Source of the DNA: a virus
Length of the DNA: 64,000 nucleotides
IMG/VR virus record: IMGVR_UViG_3300025018_000101
Span: 1-64,000 of that record
Strand: one strand, 5' to 3'
Shown here one piece after another: positions 46,099 to 55,701 of this stretch. The notes under the pieces were generated by a model. The model saw nothing but the letters and a program-made list of their open reading frames with translations. It ran no database searches and had not been told where the DNA came from. Positions within the stretch are counted from its first letter, which is position 1; every line of letters starts with the position of its first letter. A program made the translations under genes and the position numbers.

Positions 46099-46677
46099 TC
46101 AGCTCAAGGTCGCCTCGTACAGCCGGAGCACTCGGGCGTCCGGCCGGGCGTACCCGAGCACATTCTTGAATGGGACGGAGACGCCCCTCCCTCGCAGGCC
46201 TGGCACCGACGAGCAGCGCCACCGGCGCTCTTCGCCAGGCAGCGGCGCCACCGTCAGGACGTCGGTCAGCGCGATGAGGCCCTCGGCGCGCTGCTCGTCG
46301 GTCGTGCCCCACGTGCCCACCAGCAGTGACCCCGAGGTCAAGTTGAGCGACGGCAGGGCCACGCACGTCCCGGGGGCGGAGGGGTCGAGGTCGCCCGGTG
46401 GGACGTCAACGTCTCCCACGGCCGTACGCCACGCCTCGAGGAGCGCGCACCCGGGCTCCCCGGACAGCCCGGCCCAGGCCGCGCCCGGGTGGACGCGGAG
46501 CACCTCCTCGATGCCTTCAATGGCGTAGGCCGTGTACCGCCCCTCCAGGTCCGGCACCATCACCCTCGGCGCGGTCAGCGCCAGCCACGGCGTGGGCGAC
46601 CCTGGCCCGAGGCCGCCGACCAGGAACACCTGGTTCGGCATGGAGATGGCGTGCACCGCCACGTTCTCAGTGTCCAT
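46099..46677 (-). CDS. hypothetical protein
   Basis: GGAGG RBS; overlaps the end of the polymerase gene. Confidence 0.65.
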   Translation of the reverse strand: MDTENVAVHAISMPNQVFLVGGLGPGSPTPWLALTAPRVMVPDLEGRYTAYAIEGIEEVLRVHPGAAWAGLSGEPGCALLEAWRTAVGDVDVPPGDLDPSAPGTCVALPSLNLTSGSLLVGTWGTTDEQRAEGLIALTDVLTVAPLPGEERRWRCSSVPGLRGRGVSVPFKNVLGYARPDARVLRLYEATLS

Positions 46678-49600
46678 ACCCGAGCGCCTCCGCGATCTCG
46701 AGGTCGGCGGGCTTGCTCAACTCGCCGCGCGTGAGCTGGCCCCAGTCGACCATGGTCTTGTACGTCGTGCCCACGCCGAGGTCGTAGGCGTAGGGGACCG
46801 GGACCCACGGGCACGCCTCGGAGACGACGTCAAGGACGTTCCGGTCGAACAGAGGGCCGAGCGCAGGTACCTGCGCGAAGGGGATCTGGCCCGCGATGGC
46901 GTCGTGGACCAGCAGCAGCACGTCCCCGCCCAGGGCCGCGATCTCCTCCTGCATCGCTGCGGCCGCAACGACGACAGCGTCGGACGCCTCGGCCTGGATG
47001 CGGAAGTTCACCGCCTCACGGTGCGCCTTGCCGGTCTTGCGCCGGTCGTAGCCGATGAACGGGAAGCGCCGGTACCGACCGAAGTTGGTCCGGACACGTC
47101 CGAAGGCTCCGGCCTGCTTCTCCGTGGTCTTGATGTAGACCGGGACGCGCGGAAATGCGGCGAACAGATCCGCGCGCACCGAGGCAGCCTCGGCGACCTG
47201 AGACTCGCGCTCCGGTGTGCCCTCGTCCGCGAGGAAGCCGAACATCTGCGACGCGTTCTGCTCGTCCCCGGCACCGTAGATGGTGCCGTACAGGACGCGC
47301 TTGCACGCCGTCCTGTCCTTGCCCACCTGATAGTTGGTGTCCTTGTTCGCCTCGATGAAGGCGTAGACCGCCTCCGTCTGCAGCGAAGGCGACAAGCCCC
47401 TCGCCTCGGGCACGTACTGCTCGAGGTACTTCTTGCCGAACACGCGGGCGGCCACGTAGGAGGGCGCGTTCAGGCCATCACGCATGGCCTTCACCAGTGG
47501 GTCGTTGCCCATGTACCCGCACAGGATGCGAACCTCGGCCGAGCTGATGTCGCCGTTGAAGAACGCCATGCCCGGGTCGGGGATGAGCAGGCGCTTGATG
47601 GCGAACCCCTCGAACGACTCCACCTTCCACTTCGACTGCGCCAGGAGCGCCTCCTTGCACGACGCCTGGATGAGGAAGGTCTCACCGCCCACACGGAACA
47701 GGCAGACGGGCCTGCCGTCCTCCGAGACCGTGAAGACAGAGTGCTCGACGATGGCCGTCGAGGGGACCCACCAGTTCTTCCGGCACATGTAGACCGGGTA
47801 GTTCTGCAGGGACGGGCCCGACACGGACAGGCGGCCCGTGACGGTCGTGTGCTGGCCGAAGTAGGCGTGGATGCGGCCGTCGTTGATGATGGCGAGCTCG
47901 ATGCCCGAGAGGTAGGTCGACAGCGTCGTCTTGGCGCTTCGGAACAGGAGCAGCAGGTGCGCCATCAGGTCGGCCGGGGTACCGGGCATCATCCGGCCGA
48001 TCTTGGCCATGTCGGCCGCCGACGTCGACATCAGCCCGGACGGCGTCTTGCTCACCGCTGCCCAGGGCACCTCCAGCACCTCGGTGAAGACGTGCATCAG
48101 ATCCTTGTGGGAGTTCGGGTTGAAGCTCGTGCACGCCAGACTGTGCATGCGCTCGAGGGTGGCGTCGTACAGGGCCTGCGCCTCCTCCTTGTAGGTCGCC
48201 AGCAACTCCGTGTCGACGCCGATGCCCTTGTACTCCGCCCGGGCCAGGGCCTTGACGCCAGGCATGTAGACGGTGCGCAGCATGTTCTGGCAGTCCTTGA
48301 GCGTGTCGTGCTGGTCGCGGCACGCCTTCGTCTGCTCGCGCAGGGCTGTGTGCTGCGCCTGGCAGACGATCCGCGTCAGGTCGGTGTCGACGGCCGCGTA
48401 GGGGATGAGGACGTCGACGGGGAGGTCCTCGTACGAGGAGACGCCCTCCAGGCTGGTCATGACGTCGACCTTCGGCGTAGGAGGCGCCTCCCCGTCGCTG
48501 ACGTGCTTGTACCTGTTCTTGATCTTCGACCGCAATCGGGTCTTCTCCTTCGCCAGTTCCTCCTTCTTCTCCGAGGCCTTCGGTTGCAGCGCGTGCTCGA
48601 AGCACGTCCTGACGTACAGGTCCTCGAGGCTATAGAGGTCGGCGGCCTTGTCGAGGTCCACGGTCAGACCCCGCGTTCGCGCCGTCGGGTAGTCGACAAA
48701 CTCAGCCGCCCGCTCGATGAGGTCGCGCTGCAGCCCGAGAAGCACCTTCTGCAACTGCGCCTCGTACCCCCCGTACTCCGGGGCGTACTTGAACGCCAGG
48801 GGCTTGAGGCCGTACAGGCCCTGGGCGCCCTCCTCGATGTGGTGCTCGGCCAGCAGGGTGTCCCACCACGCGTGGTCGTTCTTGACGCCGAGCACCGCCC
48901 GGCCGGCCCGTAGCGCCTCCGCGGCCGCAGCGGCCGTCGGGAACGCCGCGTAGGTAGCGCCCTCGAGCCACCCCGCCACGGATGCGGCGAACGCCGGGTC
49001 GGCACCCAGCATCTCCTGCATCTTGAACTCCACCGACAGGTCGAACTTGCGGTGGTGCCAGATCTTCGGGTTCGGGCTGGTCAGCAGCGCGATGGTCGCG
49101 GCCCACACCCGAGCCCGGTCCATGGCGGATTCGCGGTGGTCGAGCAGCCACCCGGCGCTCTTGCCAGGAGCCCATGCGGCCGAGACAGCGATGGGCTTGC
49201 TCCCTGGCAGGTACATGTTCAACGAGTTGGTCTCGAAGTCCAGCGCTATCGGCCACTTCGAGGGCTTGTAGCCACCCTCGGTGTACGACATGGCCGTCTT
49301 GACCGCGGCCTCGACGCCTTCCTCGGTCGTAGGCAGCAGGTAGTCGGCGGAGATGTCCTCGATGCGTTTTGGCGTGAACGAGTCGAAGAGGATGCCCACG
49401 GCCCGACGGACGTCGGCGCACATGTGGTCGAGGATGCCCGCCTGGCCGTGCAGGTGCCGGAGGCTGTGGGCCGGCACGACGGTGTACCTGGCCCCGCGGA
49501 TGTTGGCGAAGAACGTCTTGCCGCGGGCGTTCTTGCCCGCTCGCGCGGACAGCCCCAGGGTGCGCCACGTCGGAGCACCGAAGGCGACCACGACGTGCGG

Positions 49601-49993
49601 GACGTCGTGCCCCCAGAGCTGTGTCTTGCGCTCGTACAGGTCCACGAGGCGCTCCACCGCGTAGGGCGCGCAGTGGTCGACGGCCTTGGCCAGCGGCGCC
49701 TTCATGCTCGCGCGGCCCACGGCGAACACCACGCTGTATTGCAGGGGTTTCGACATGGTCTTGTCGATCGCCCCCGTCAGCATGACGAGCATCTGGGCCA
49801 TCTTCGAGTCGATGGCGCGGCCGCGCCACATCCCGTCCTCGGTCGGCTTCTCGAACAGGAAGACGAGGTTGTAGCGCACGTCGTCGAGCGAGGGCTCGGC
49901 CTTGAGCAGGCAGACCTCGCTCTCGTGGGGGCAGCCCGCGCAGGGCTGACCCTTGTCCCGAAGTTTCCAGATCAACTTCCGGTCGGTTTCCAC
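46667..49993 (-). CDS. polA: family A DNA polymerase with N-terminal UDG-like domain and 3'-5' exonuclease
   Basis: Exonuclease motifs IALDFET, HHRKFDL, YAAVDTD; polymerase motifs TVTGRLS..PSLQN, GDISSAEVR, RTACKRVLYGTIYG, LVHDAI; GGAGG before GTG 49993. Confidence 0.92.
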   Translation of the reverse strand: METDRKLIWKLRDKGQPCAGCPHESEVCLLKAEPSLDDVRYNLVFLFEKPTEDGMWRGRAIDSKMAQMLVMLTGAIDKTMSKPLQYSVVFAVGRASMKAPLAKAVDHCAPYAVERLVDLYERKTQLWGHDVPHVVVAFGAPTWRTLGLSARAGKNARGKTFFANIRGARYTVVPAHSLRHLHGQAGILDHMCADVRRAVGILFDSFTPKRIEDISADYLLPTTEEGVEAAVKTAMSYTEGGYKPSKWPIALDFETNSLNMYLPGSKPIAVSAAWAPGKSAGWLLDHRESAMDRARVWAATIALLTSPNPKIWHHRKFDLSVEFKMQEMLGADPAFAASVAGWLEGATYAAFPTAAAAAEALRAGRAVLGVKNDHAWWDTLLAEHHIEEGAQGLYGLKPLAFKYAPEYGGYEAQLQKVLLGLQRDLIERAAEFVDYPTARTRGLTVDLDKAADLYSLEDLYVRTCFEHALQPKASEKKEELAKEKTRLRSKIKNRYKHVSDGEAPPTPKVDVMTSLEGVSSYEDLPVDVLIPYAAVDTDLTRIVCQAQHTALREQTKACRDQHDTLKDCQNMLRTVYMPGVKALARAEYKGIGVDTELLATYKEEAQALYDATLERMHSLACTSFNPNSHKDLMHVFTEVLEVPWAAVSKTPSGLMSTSAADMAKIGRMMPGTPADLMAHLLLLFRSAKTTLSTYLSGIELAIINDGRIHAYFGQHTTVTGRLSVSGPSLQNYPVYMCRKNWWVPSTAIVEHSVFTVSEDGRPVCLFRVGGETFLIQASCKEALLAQSKWKVESFEGFAIKRLLIPDPGMAFFNGDISSAEVRILCGYMGNDPLVKAMRDGLNAPSYVAARVFGKKYLEQYVPEARGLSPSLQTEAVYAFIEANKDTNYQVGKDRTACKRVLYGTIYGAGDEQNASQMFGFLADEGTPERESQVAEAASVRADLFAAFPRVPVYIKTTEKQAGAFGRVRTNFGRYRRFPFIGYDRRKTGKAHREAVNFRIQAEASDAVVVAAAAMQEEIAALGGDVLLLVHDAIAGQIPFAQVPALGPLFDRNVLDVVSEACPWVPVPYAYDLGVGTTYKTMVDWGQLTRGELSKPADLEIAEALGYGH

Positions 49994-50003
49994 AGGCCCT
50001 CCG

Positions 50004-53000
50004 TTACATGGGGAGGCCGCTGTACTCGCCCTCTTCGGTTGAGTCAGTGGCATGGGCGAGGTCATCCGGCTCGCCTCCGGAAATGAAAGCCTCCGACCCG
50101 ATGAGGTCAGAGAGCTTCGCCGCAACGATGTCGTTGTACGTCACGCGGCCGACCCCCACCAGGGGTCGAACCGCCGCCGCGAGCTTCAGACGCTTCATCT
50201 CCTCGAGGGTCATGAAGGTCTCGTTCTGCTCGAGGCGGATCCGCAGGCTCTTGGCGTCCTGAGCCCCGCGATGCCGGGCGGACTCCTGGAGCAGGTTGGC
50301 CAGGACCTGCGCGCAGTGGAACACCACCACTTCGTGGCTGCGCAGGTAGTACACGCCGCAGGACGTCGTGTTGAGGTCCTCGCGCCGGCCGGGGTCCGAC
50401 AGTACGGAGGCCAGGGTGCGCTTGGAGCCCGGGTTGAGGTCGAGCGACAGGCGGATGGCTGCCGTGTACAGGATGTCGTCGAGCAGCTTGTCGGAGTCCG
50501 GCGCGACGTACTGAGCACGCAGCGTCGACTTGTACGCCAGGTACTCGGTGAAGAACGCCTCAACGTTCACCCCAGACGCCTTCAGCACGGCCAGGATGGG
50601 CATCAGGCAGTCCACGTACCGCGGCTCGATGCCCGGAGGGAAGCCCGTCTGGAAGAACCGCGCCGCCCGGAGCTCGTGGTAGTTGCGGTAGAGCTCCGGG
50701 AGCATCTGTCGCGTCGTCAGCGAGATGTCCCGCGCCAGCGCGCGCACCCCGGTCTCTCCGATCATGTTCAGGATCACCTGCCAGGGCGCCGGGCACTCCC
50801 CGACCTTCTTCTTGAACTGGTGGATGTCCCACCGCGAGAAGTCTACCTCCTCGGTGAACGGGTGGACGCCCGCCCCGGCCACGGGCATGTCGATCTTGCG
50901 AGTCTGGGCCGACCCGCCGCTCGTACCGCGGACGCCTTCAACACCGCGGTTGATGTTGCCGCGCAGGTACTCGAGCAGGAGCTGAGACTCCTTGGCCTTG
51001 CGCGACCCCTGGCTGCGCTCGGGGCTCTCGAACTCGTCCAGGCACGCCAGTAGCGTCGACCGGTTGTGGGCCTGCATGATGCCGGCGGCCGACCAGTCCT
51101 CCCAGCCCCTGGAGGCGTAGACGAGGCGGACGAGCGGTTGCTGGACGCCGCACAGAAGCCCCATCAGGAACGAGCTCTTGCCGCACTGCGGCGGCCCGTT
51201 CAGGTAGACCTGCGCCTTGGTGTCGAAGAGCGACGCGATGCCGGCGTACATGATGTAGGCCGACAGGTACGTCGCCATCAGGCGGTGGTGCTCAGGGACG
51301 GCGGAGAAGCTCCAGCCTGCGATCAGCAGCGCCAGGATGCGGTCGAAGACCTCCTTCAGGGTCACCATCGTGGGCTCGTTCAGGGCCTTGAGGTTGATGA
51401 ACGGGTCCCACGGCTCCCCAGAGGGCTGGCACAGGATGTTGCCGATGATGGGCTGGTCCAGCTCCTCGTAGACGAGCAGGTCGTCCTCAGGCTCGAGAAC
51501 AGCGTGGTACACCCTCTTGCCGTTGACGAGCAGCACCCTGAAGCGCTCGTCCTCCGGCACCGTCGGGTCGGTGCGCCGGAGGTCGACGAAGTGCAGGCCC
51601 TGCGCCTTGAGCTCCATCGTCGACAGGTCCGGCGCGCGGGCGCACATCTGCTTGGTGGCCTCATAGACGTACTCGTCCGCCTTGAGGGTCTGCTGCATGA
51701 CGGGCCGGTTGGCCTCGGTGCCGTCGGGTTTGGTGACGTGGCTGAACCACTGCGGCACCCCGATGATGTCCCGCAGCCACTCGAAGGGGGTCATGTTCAG
51801 CGCCTGCTGCGCCAGGGTCGTGACGCAGTCCACGCGCCGCGTCAGTAGCACCTCCACCAGCGCGCCGGTCTTCTTGGCGTACAGGTAGCCCTTGGGGCCG
51901 TCGTATGCCACGGGCGTCAGGATGGCCTCAAGCTGGGCCCGGACGAGCTCGAGGAACTCCGCCTCCGACGCCCGAGCGGCCTTGTTGCTCTTGAGCAGCG
52001 GCTCGGGCACCAGCCCGTCCTTGCGCAGGAGCTCGAAGACCGTGTCTCGCACCGCTTGCGACCGCATGGTGTCGTGGTACCGAACCAGTACCTCCTGGAT
52101 CTCCTCGACGTCGTGCCGGGCATCGCTGTTGATCCTGCCCAGGTCCATCGAGATGGCTTCGAAGACCCACTGCGCCCTGTCCGTCAACAGCGCCGTGTCC
52201 GCGATCGCCGACAGGAACGTCGTCCCACGCTGCAGCTTGTGGATGACGTCGTCCGGGTCGACGCCCGGCTGGTCGAGGAAGGGGCTTCGGTGCCATGCGA
52301 AGACGCCCGCCTTGAGCCCGCGGGCCCGCTCCAGCGCCAGGCGCGCGAACCCGGTCCCGCCGTCGTCGTAGTCCGGCACGACGACGAGTCGCTTGACACC
52401 GTGCCCCGCCAGGAACCCAAGGTTCGGCATCCCGCTCCCGGACAGGCCGATGATGGCCATGTCCGTGACGCCGTGCGCGCCGAGCAGCGCCTGGTAGCTC
52501 GAGATGGTGTCCATCTCGCCCTCGACCGCCCAGCAGTTCTCCGCGAGCTTCGAGCCCCAGACGGCGCGGTAGAGCCCCATGCCGAAGGCGCCGTGACCGT
52601 CGGTCGGAGGTCCTATCCAGATGGGCTCCACGCCCTCCTCCAGGCTCTTGAGCTTGAACCGGGCGATCTGCCCGAAGCCCTTGTGGTAGGGGAAGACGAC
52701 GCCGCCGACGTACTGGTTGACGTCGGCGGGGTTGGCTGGGAGCAGGTCGGCCTTCTCCTCCTTGCCCTGCCGGTCGTTGACGTAGGCGCGCACCCGAGCG
52801 CGCATGTCCTTGTCCTCGATGGCGCTCTCGAGGTGCCGGCGGGTCGGCAGGACGCCGAGGGGGAGCCTCCCGAGCTGGCTCATGTCCACGCCGCGCTCCG
52901 TCAGCCAGCGCACGGCCTTGGAGCAGTAGGCGTACTCCTTGTCGGAGGGGTGGTTGACGGCGTTCGTCAACGTCTTGACCGCGGCGGACATGAGCGCCTC

Positions 53001-53378
53001 CTTCATGGCCTGCTCGTTCTTGTCCGTCTGGATGTCCGCGACCACCCTCTGGTTCAACTTCAGCGCGGCGTACTCGATGAAGCCGACGCGCAGGGCCTCC
53101 ATGTAGGGCAGCGACATGACCTGCGCGAACAGCGCCACGGGGTCGCTCTCGTACGCCTGGCACCGGGCGCTCAGGCACTTGGCAAACCCCTTGTCGGGGT
53201 GGATGGCGAACGCGCCGGGGTCGACCTCCTGGTGGTAGGGGCACAGGCCGACCACCTTCCCCCCGACGCGGCGCCAACGGCCCTCGGCCGCGAAGTGCTG
53301 GAGCATCTGGCCCCAGAGATGAGACGACGTCTGCGCCCAGATGCTGCGGGCGTCCAGTGTCCGCTTGTTGTCTTCCAC
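50004..53378 (-). CDS. DNA primase-helicase (CHC2 zinc finger, TOPRIM, P-loop)
   Basis: CPYHQE...CLSARC; AVEGEMD and PDYDDGG; GPPQCGKS and LDEFE. Exact start uncertain. Confidence 0.85.
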   Translation of the reverse strand: MEDNKRTLDARSIWAQTSSHLWGQMLQHFAAEGRWRRVGGKVVGLCPYHQEVDPGAFAIHPDKGFAKCLSARCQAYESDPVALFAQVMSLPYMEALRVGFIEYAALKLNQRVVADIQTDKNEQAMKEALMSAAVKTLTNAVNHPSDKEYAYCSKAVRWLTERGVDMSQLGRLPLGVLPTRRHLESAIEDKDMRARVRAYVNDRQGKEEKADLLPANPADVNQYVGGVVFPYHKGFGQIARFKLKSLEEGVEPIWIGPPTDGHGAFGMGLYRAVWGSKLAENCWAVEGEMDTISSYQALLGAHGVTDMAIIGLSGSGMPNLGFLAGHGVKRLVVVPDYDDGGTGFARLALERARGLKAGVFAWHRSPFLDQPGVDPDDVIHKLQRGTTFLSAIADTALLTDRAQWVFEAISMDLGRINSDARHDVEEIQEVLVRYHDTMRSQAVRDTVFELLRKDGLVPEPLLKSNKAARASEAEFLELVRAQLEAILTPVAYDGPKGYLYAKKTGALVEVLLTRRVDCVTTLAQQALNMTPFEWLRDIIGVPQWFSHVTKPDGTEANRPVMQQTLKADEYVYEATKQMCARAPDLSTMELKAQGLHFVDLRRTDPTVPEDERFRVLLVNGKRVYHAVLEPEDDLLVYEELDQPIIGNILCQPSGEPWDPFINLKALNEPTMVTLKEVFDRILALLIAGWSFSAVPEHHRLMATYLSAYIMYAGIASLFDTKAQVYLNGPPQCGKSSFLMGLLCGVQQPLVRLVYASRGWEDWSAAGIMQAHNRSTLLACLDEFESPERSQGSRKAKESQLLLEYLRGNINRGVEGVRGTSGGSAQTRKIDMPVAGAGVHPFTEEVDFSRWDIHQFKKKVGECPAPWQVILNMIGETGVRALARDISLTTRQMLPELYRNYHELRAARFFQTGFPPGIEPRYVDCLMPILAVLKASGVNVEAFFTEYLAYKSTLRAQYVAPDSDKLLDDILYTAAIRLSLDLNPGSKRTLASVLSDPGRREDLNTTSCGVYYLRSHEVVVFHCAQVLANLLQESARHRGAQDAKSLRIRLEQNETFMTLEEMKRLKLAAAVRPLVGVGRVTYNDIVAAKLSDLIGSEAFISGGEPDDLAHATDSTEEGEYSGLPM

Positions 53379-53433
53379 GTCCACTCCGGTTTTATGGGAA
53401 GCCGCCCCCGGGAGGTCGGCAGGGTAGTACGGC

Positions 53434-53934
53434 TCAGCCCAACGTCCTGGCGACCACCTCCTGAATGGCGCGCACGAAGGACAGACCGAGTTCGAGCGGG
53501 TCGAGCCCGCCAATGACACCGTCGACGCCGCGGAAGAGGAGTTCGACGGCCGCGGCGGCCACGCGTGCCCAACGCCGGGGCACGGCGCGCAACACCTCGA
53601 GCAGGAGCTGCGTCAGGGGAGACCGGTCCGGGTGGAGCCCGGAGAGGTCCTTGAGCAGGTCCAGGACAGAGACGTCCGGACGCTGCTGCTGCTGCCACAG
53701 GGCGTAGGCCGCAGCCAGGGAGACCAGTACCGCCGAAGCGGACGCCCAGACGAGCTCGGGCGTAGGGCCGGAGGCCACGTAGGTCTCCGCATCAGGGCCG
53801 CCGTACAGGCCGTCGGCCACCGCCCTGGCTTCATCCCCGTGTCCGAAGACCGAAGCTGCCAGGCCGTAGTGCCGTCGCCAGGCGACGGAGTCTCGATCGG
53901 GGCGCGCCTGCGCCCCCGGTTCCCGACCGTCCAT
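53434..53934 (-). CDS. hypothetical protein
   Basis: GAGGTG RBS; co-directional with neighbours. Confidence 0.6.
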   Translation of the reverse strand: MDGREPGAQARPDRDSVAWRRHYGLAASVFGHGDEARAVADGLYGGPDAETYVASGPTPELVWASASAVLVSLAAAYALWQQQQRPDVSVLDLLKDLSGLHPDRSPLTQLLLEVLRAVPRRWARVAAAAVELLFRGVDGVIGGLDPLELGLSFVRAIQEVVARTLG

Positions 53935-53940
53935 TGACGA

Positions 53941-54426
53941 TCACCTCGTAATGAGGTACGCGACGAGCGCCGTTCCAACCATCCCGACGATCACGCCAGT
54001 GCCAAAGAACACCGTCTCCGCCCACGCCGGGGAACGCCCCGCCTCTGTCAGGCTCGCCGCGCACAGTCGGAGGGCTGAGGCCAACTCGGTGGCGGTGTGC
54101 GAGGCGTTATCCACTTGTGCCACCGTCTTGGACAGCGTCTCACGGAGACGCAGTCGGTCCTCGTCGATCGACAGGGCGACCCCCGTCAAGAGCCTGAGCC
54201 GGCCGTAGAGGTCCACGTAGCCGTCGAAGAGCTGCAACACCAGGCGCGTGTTCTCCAGGTCGAAGCAGGCGAACTCCCGCCCCCCGCGCGTGCACGCCGA
54301 GAACACCGGCGGCCCTGCCTCCGACAGGTCCCTCGGCAGGGAGACGTGGAGCCCGTCAGCGGCCGGGCGGCTTGTCGCGGGGAGCAGGGACAGCGCGGCC
54401 ACCATCACCGCCGCCACGACGCTCAA
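53941..54426 (-). CDS. membrane protein: signal-like N-terminus, coiled coil, C-terminal TM helix (spanin-like)
   Basis: Hydrophobic termini; start uncertain. Confidence 0.5.
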   Translation of the reverse strand: MSVVAAVMVAALSLLPATSRPAADGLHVSLPRDLSEAGPPVFSACTRGGREFACFDLENTRLVLQLFDGYVDLYGRLRLLTGVALSIDEDRLRLRETLSKTVAQVDNASHTATELASALRLCAASLTEAGRSPAWAETVFFGTGVIVGMVGTALVAYLITR

Positions 54427-54565
54427 ACGGTGCGCTACCACACCGCTCGCAGCGCTGTACCGGACCCGTGCGGGTGACCTCTCCGCCGCACACGGGGCAC
54501 GCCCCGGGCGCTCCCGCCTTCTTGTCGTTGCCGTCATGGGTGTCCACTCCGTACTTCTCCATCAT
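54356..54565 (-). CDS. small zinc-ribbon protein
   Basis: AGGAG RBS; MEKYGV...KKAG...CPVCG...CERCG..PFE. Confidence 0.6.
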   Translation of the reverse strand: MMEKYGVDTHDGNDKKAGAPGACPVCGGEVTRTGPVQRCERCGSAPFERRGGGDGGRAVPAPRDKPPGR

Positions 54566-54917
54566 GGGAGGACTCCTGGTGTTGTCGCCGAGCGCACCCG
54601 CAGGAGCGGGTGGCGCCGGTGACGAGATTGGTTTGGAAAGCGGTCACGGTCTGCCCGCAGTCGCATTGGCACACCCACTGGCTCCGGCTGCGGCCGGCGA
54701 CCCGGCGCATCGGTCGGAGCCTCCCAAAGCGCTCCTGGGACAGGTCGCGCCGCAGCGATCGCGCCGCCTCGGGCTGTGACCGCACGGTCACGCCCATGGC
54801 GCGCAGGACCCGGTAGACGGACGCCTTGGACACGCCGAATCGGGCGGCGATCTTGTACGCGCCGACCCCAGACCGGTACCAGTTGGCCACCTCGGCGTCG
54901 AAGTCCGTCACCCCCAT
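54534..54917 (-). CDS. HTH plus Cys-rich DNA-binding module of HNH/AP2-type homing endonucleases, with no nuclease domain
   Basis: AYKIAARFGVSKASVYRVL HTH; DLSQERFGRL...WVCQCDCG...LVTGATRSCGC. Confidence 0.7.
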   Translation of the reverse strand: MGVTDFDAEVANWYRSGVGAYKIAARFGVSKASVYRVLRAMGVTVRSQPEAARSLRRDLSQERFGRLRPMRRVAGRSRSQWVCQCDCGQTVTAFQTNLVTGATRSCGCARRQHQESSHDGEVRSGHP

Positions 54918-55588
54918 GTCCCCCCCTCCTCCTGGCCGGAGACGTTCGGGTCCTCGACGTAGTCCGCGTCCTCTTCGCCCGGCGACGGTTCCTTCGGAAG
55001 CCCGAGGGTCATGCGGAACCTCTCGAGCTTCTTCAGGTACGCCTTGCGCTCGTCAGCGGCCGCCGCGAACGTACCCACGTCCATGTCGAAGCCGTCGGCG
55101 CCCGTCCCCTCCTTGAGGGAGGACAAGGTGAACGCCCGCAGGGCCTTGGCCTCGTCGGTGTCGCGGATGGTCGACTCGATGAAGGGCTCGTTGTCCCCAG
55201 GGATGATCCACCGGCCCTTGCGATCGAGCTCGTCCTGGCCGTTGGCCGCAACGGCCTTGCGCACCGCCGGGACCACGACGGCCTCATCAAACGCCGAGGT
55301 GGCCCCTGCGGCCGCCGCCAGGCGGGCGACCGCATCGGGCACCGGAGCCGATACGACGCGGGAGACCGGTGCCGGCTCCGGCACCGCCGCCACCTTCGGC
55401 TCCTCCAGCGCTGAGGCCATCCGAGCGGCCTGCGTCATGTCGAACCAGATGATGAATGCCACCCCGTCGGCGCTCTGCTCGAGCGCGCCGTCGGCGTGCA
55501 GATCGACCTCAATCCCGTACTTCGCTCTGAACGCGAACTCCAAAAGGTCGGCCAGGACCTCCCTGGTGACCACCGCTGCTGCTTGCAT
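54908..55588 (-). CDS. hypothetical protein
   Basis: GGAGG RBS. Confidence 0.65.
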   Translation of the reverse strand: MQAAAVVTREVLADLLEFAFRAKYGIEVDLHADGALEQSADGVAFIIWFDMTQAARMASALEEPKVAAVPEPAPVSRVVSAPVPDAVARLAAAAGATSAFDEAVVVPAVRKAVAANGQDELDRKGRWIIPGDNEPFIESTIRDTDEAKALRAFTLSSLKEGTGADGFDMDVGTFAAAADERKAYLKKLERFRMTLGLPKEPSPGEEDADYVEDPNVSGQEEGGTWG

Positions 55589-55701
55589 ACTGCCTCCCTC
55601 TGGGCCATGCTGGCGTTGCCTGATGCAGACTGTACGCCTTGCTATGCGAGGTGTCCAGGCAGCGCAAACAACCCCGGTGCGATTTTGAAAGGAGCGCGTG
55701 C

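Noticed and set aside
46532-48913. Long antisense ORFs (also 17763..19988 -, 30936..33722 -, 52056..53516 +, 62432..63967 -)
   Set aside because: Shadow frames of high-GC3 genes on the opposite strand; they carry no motifs, while the opposite strand has clear conserved domains.
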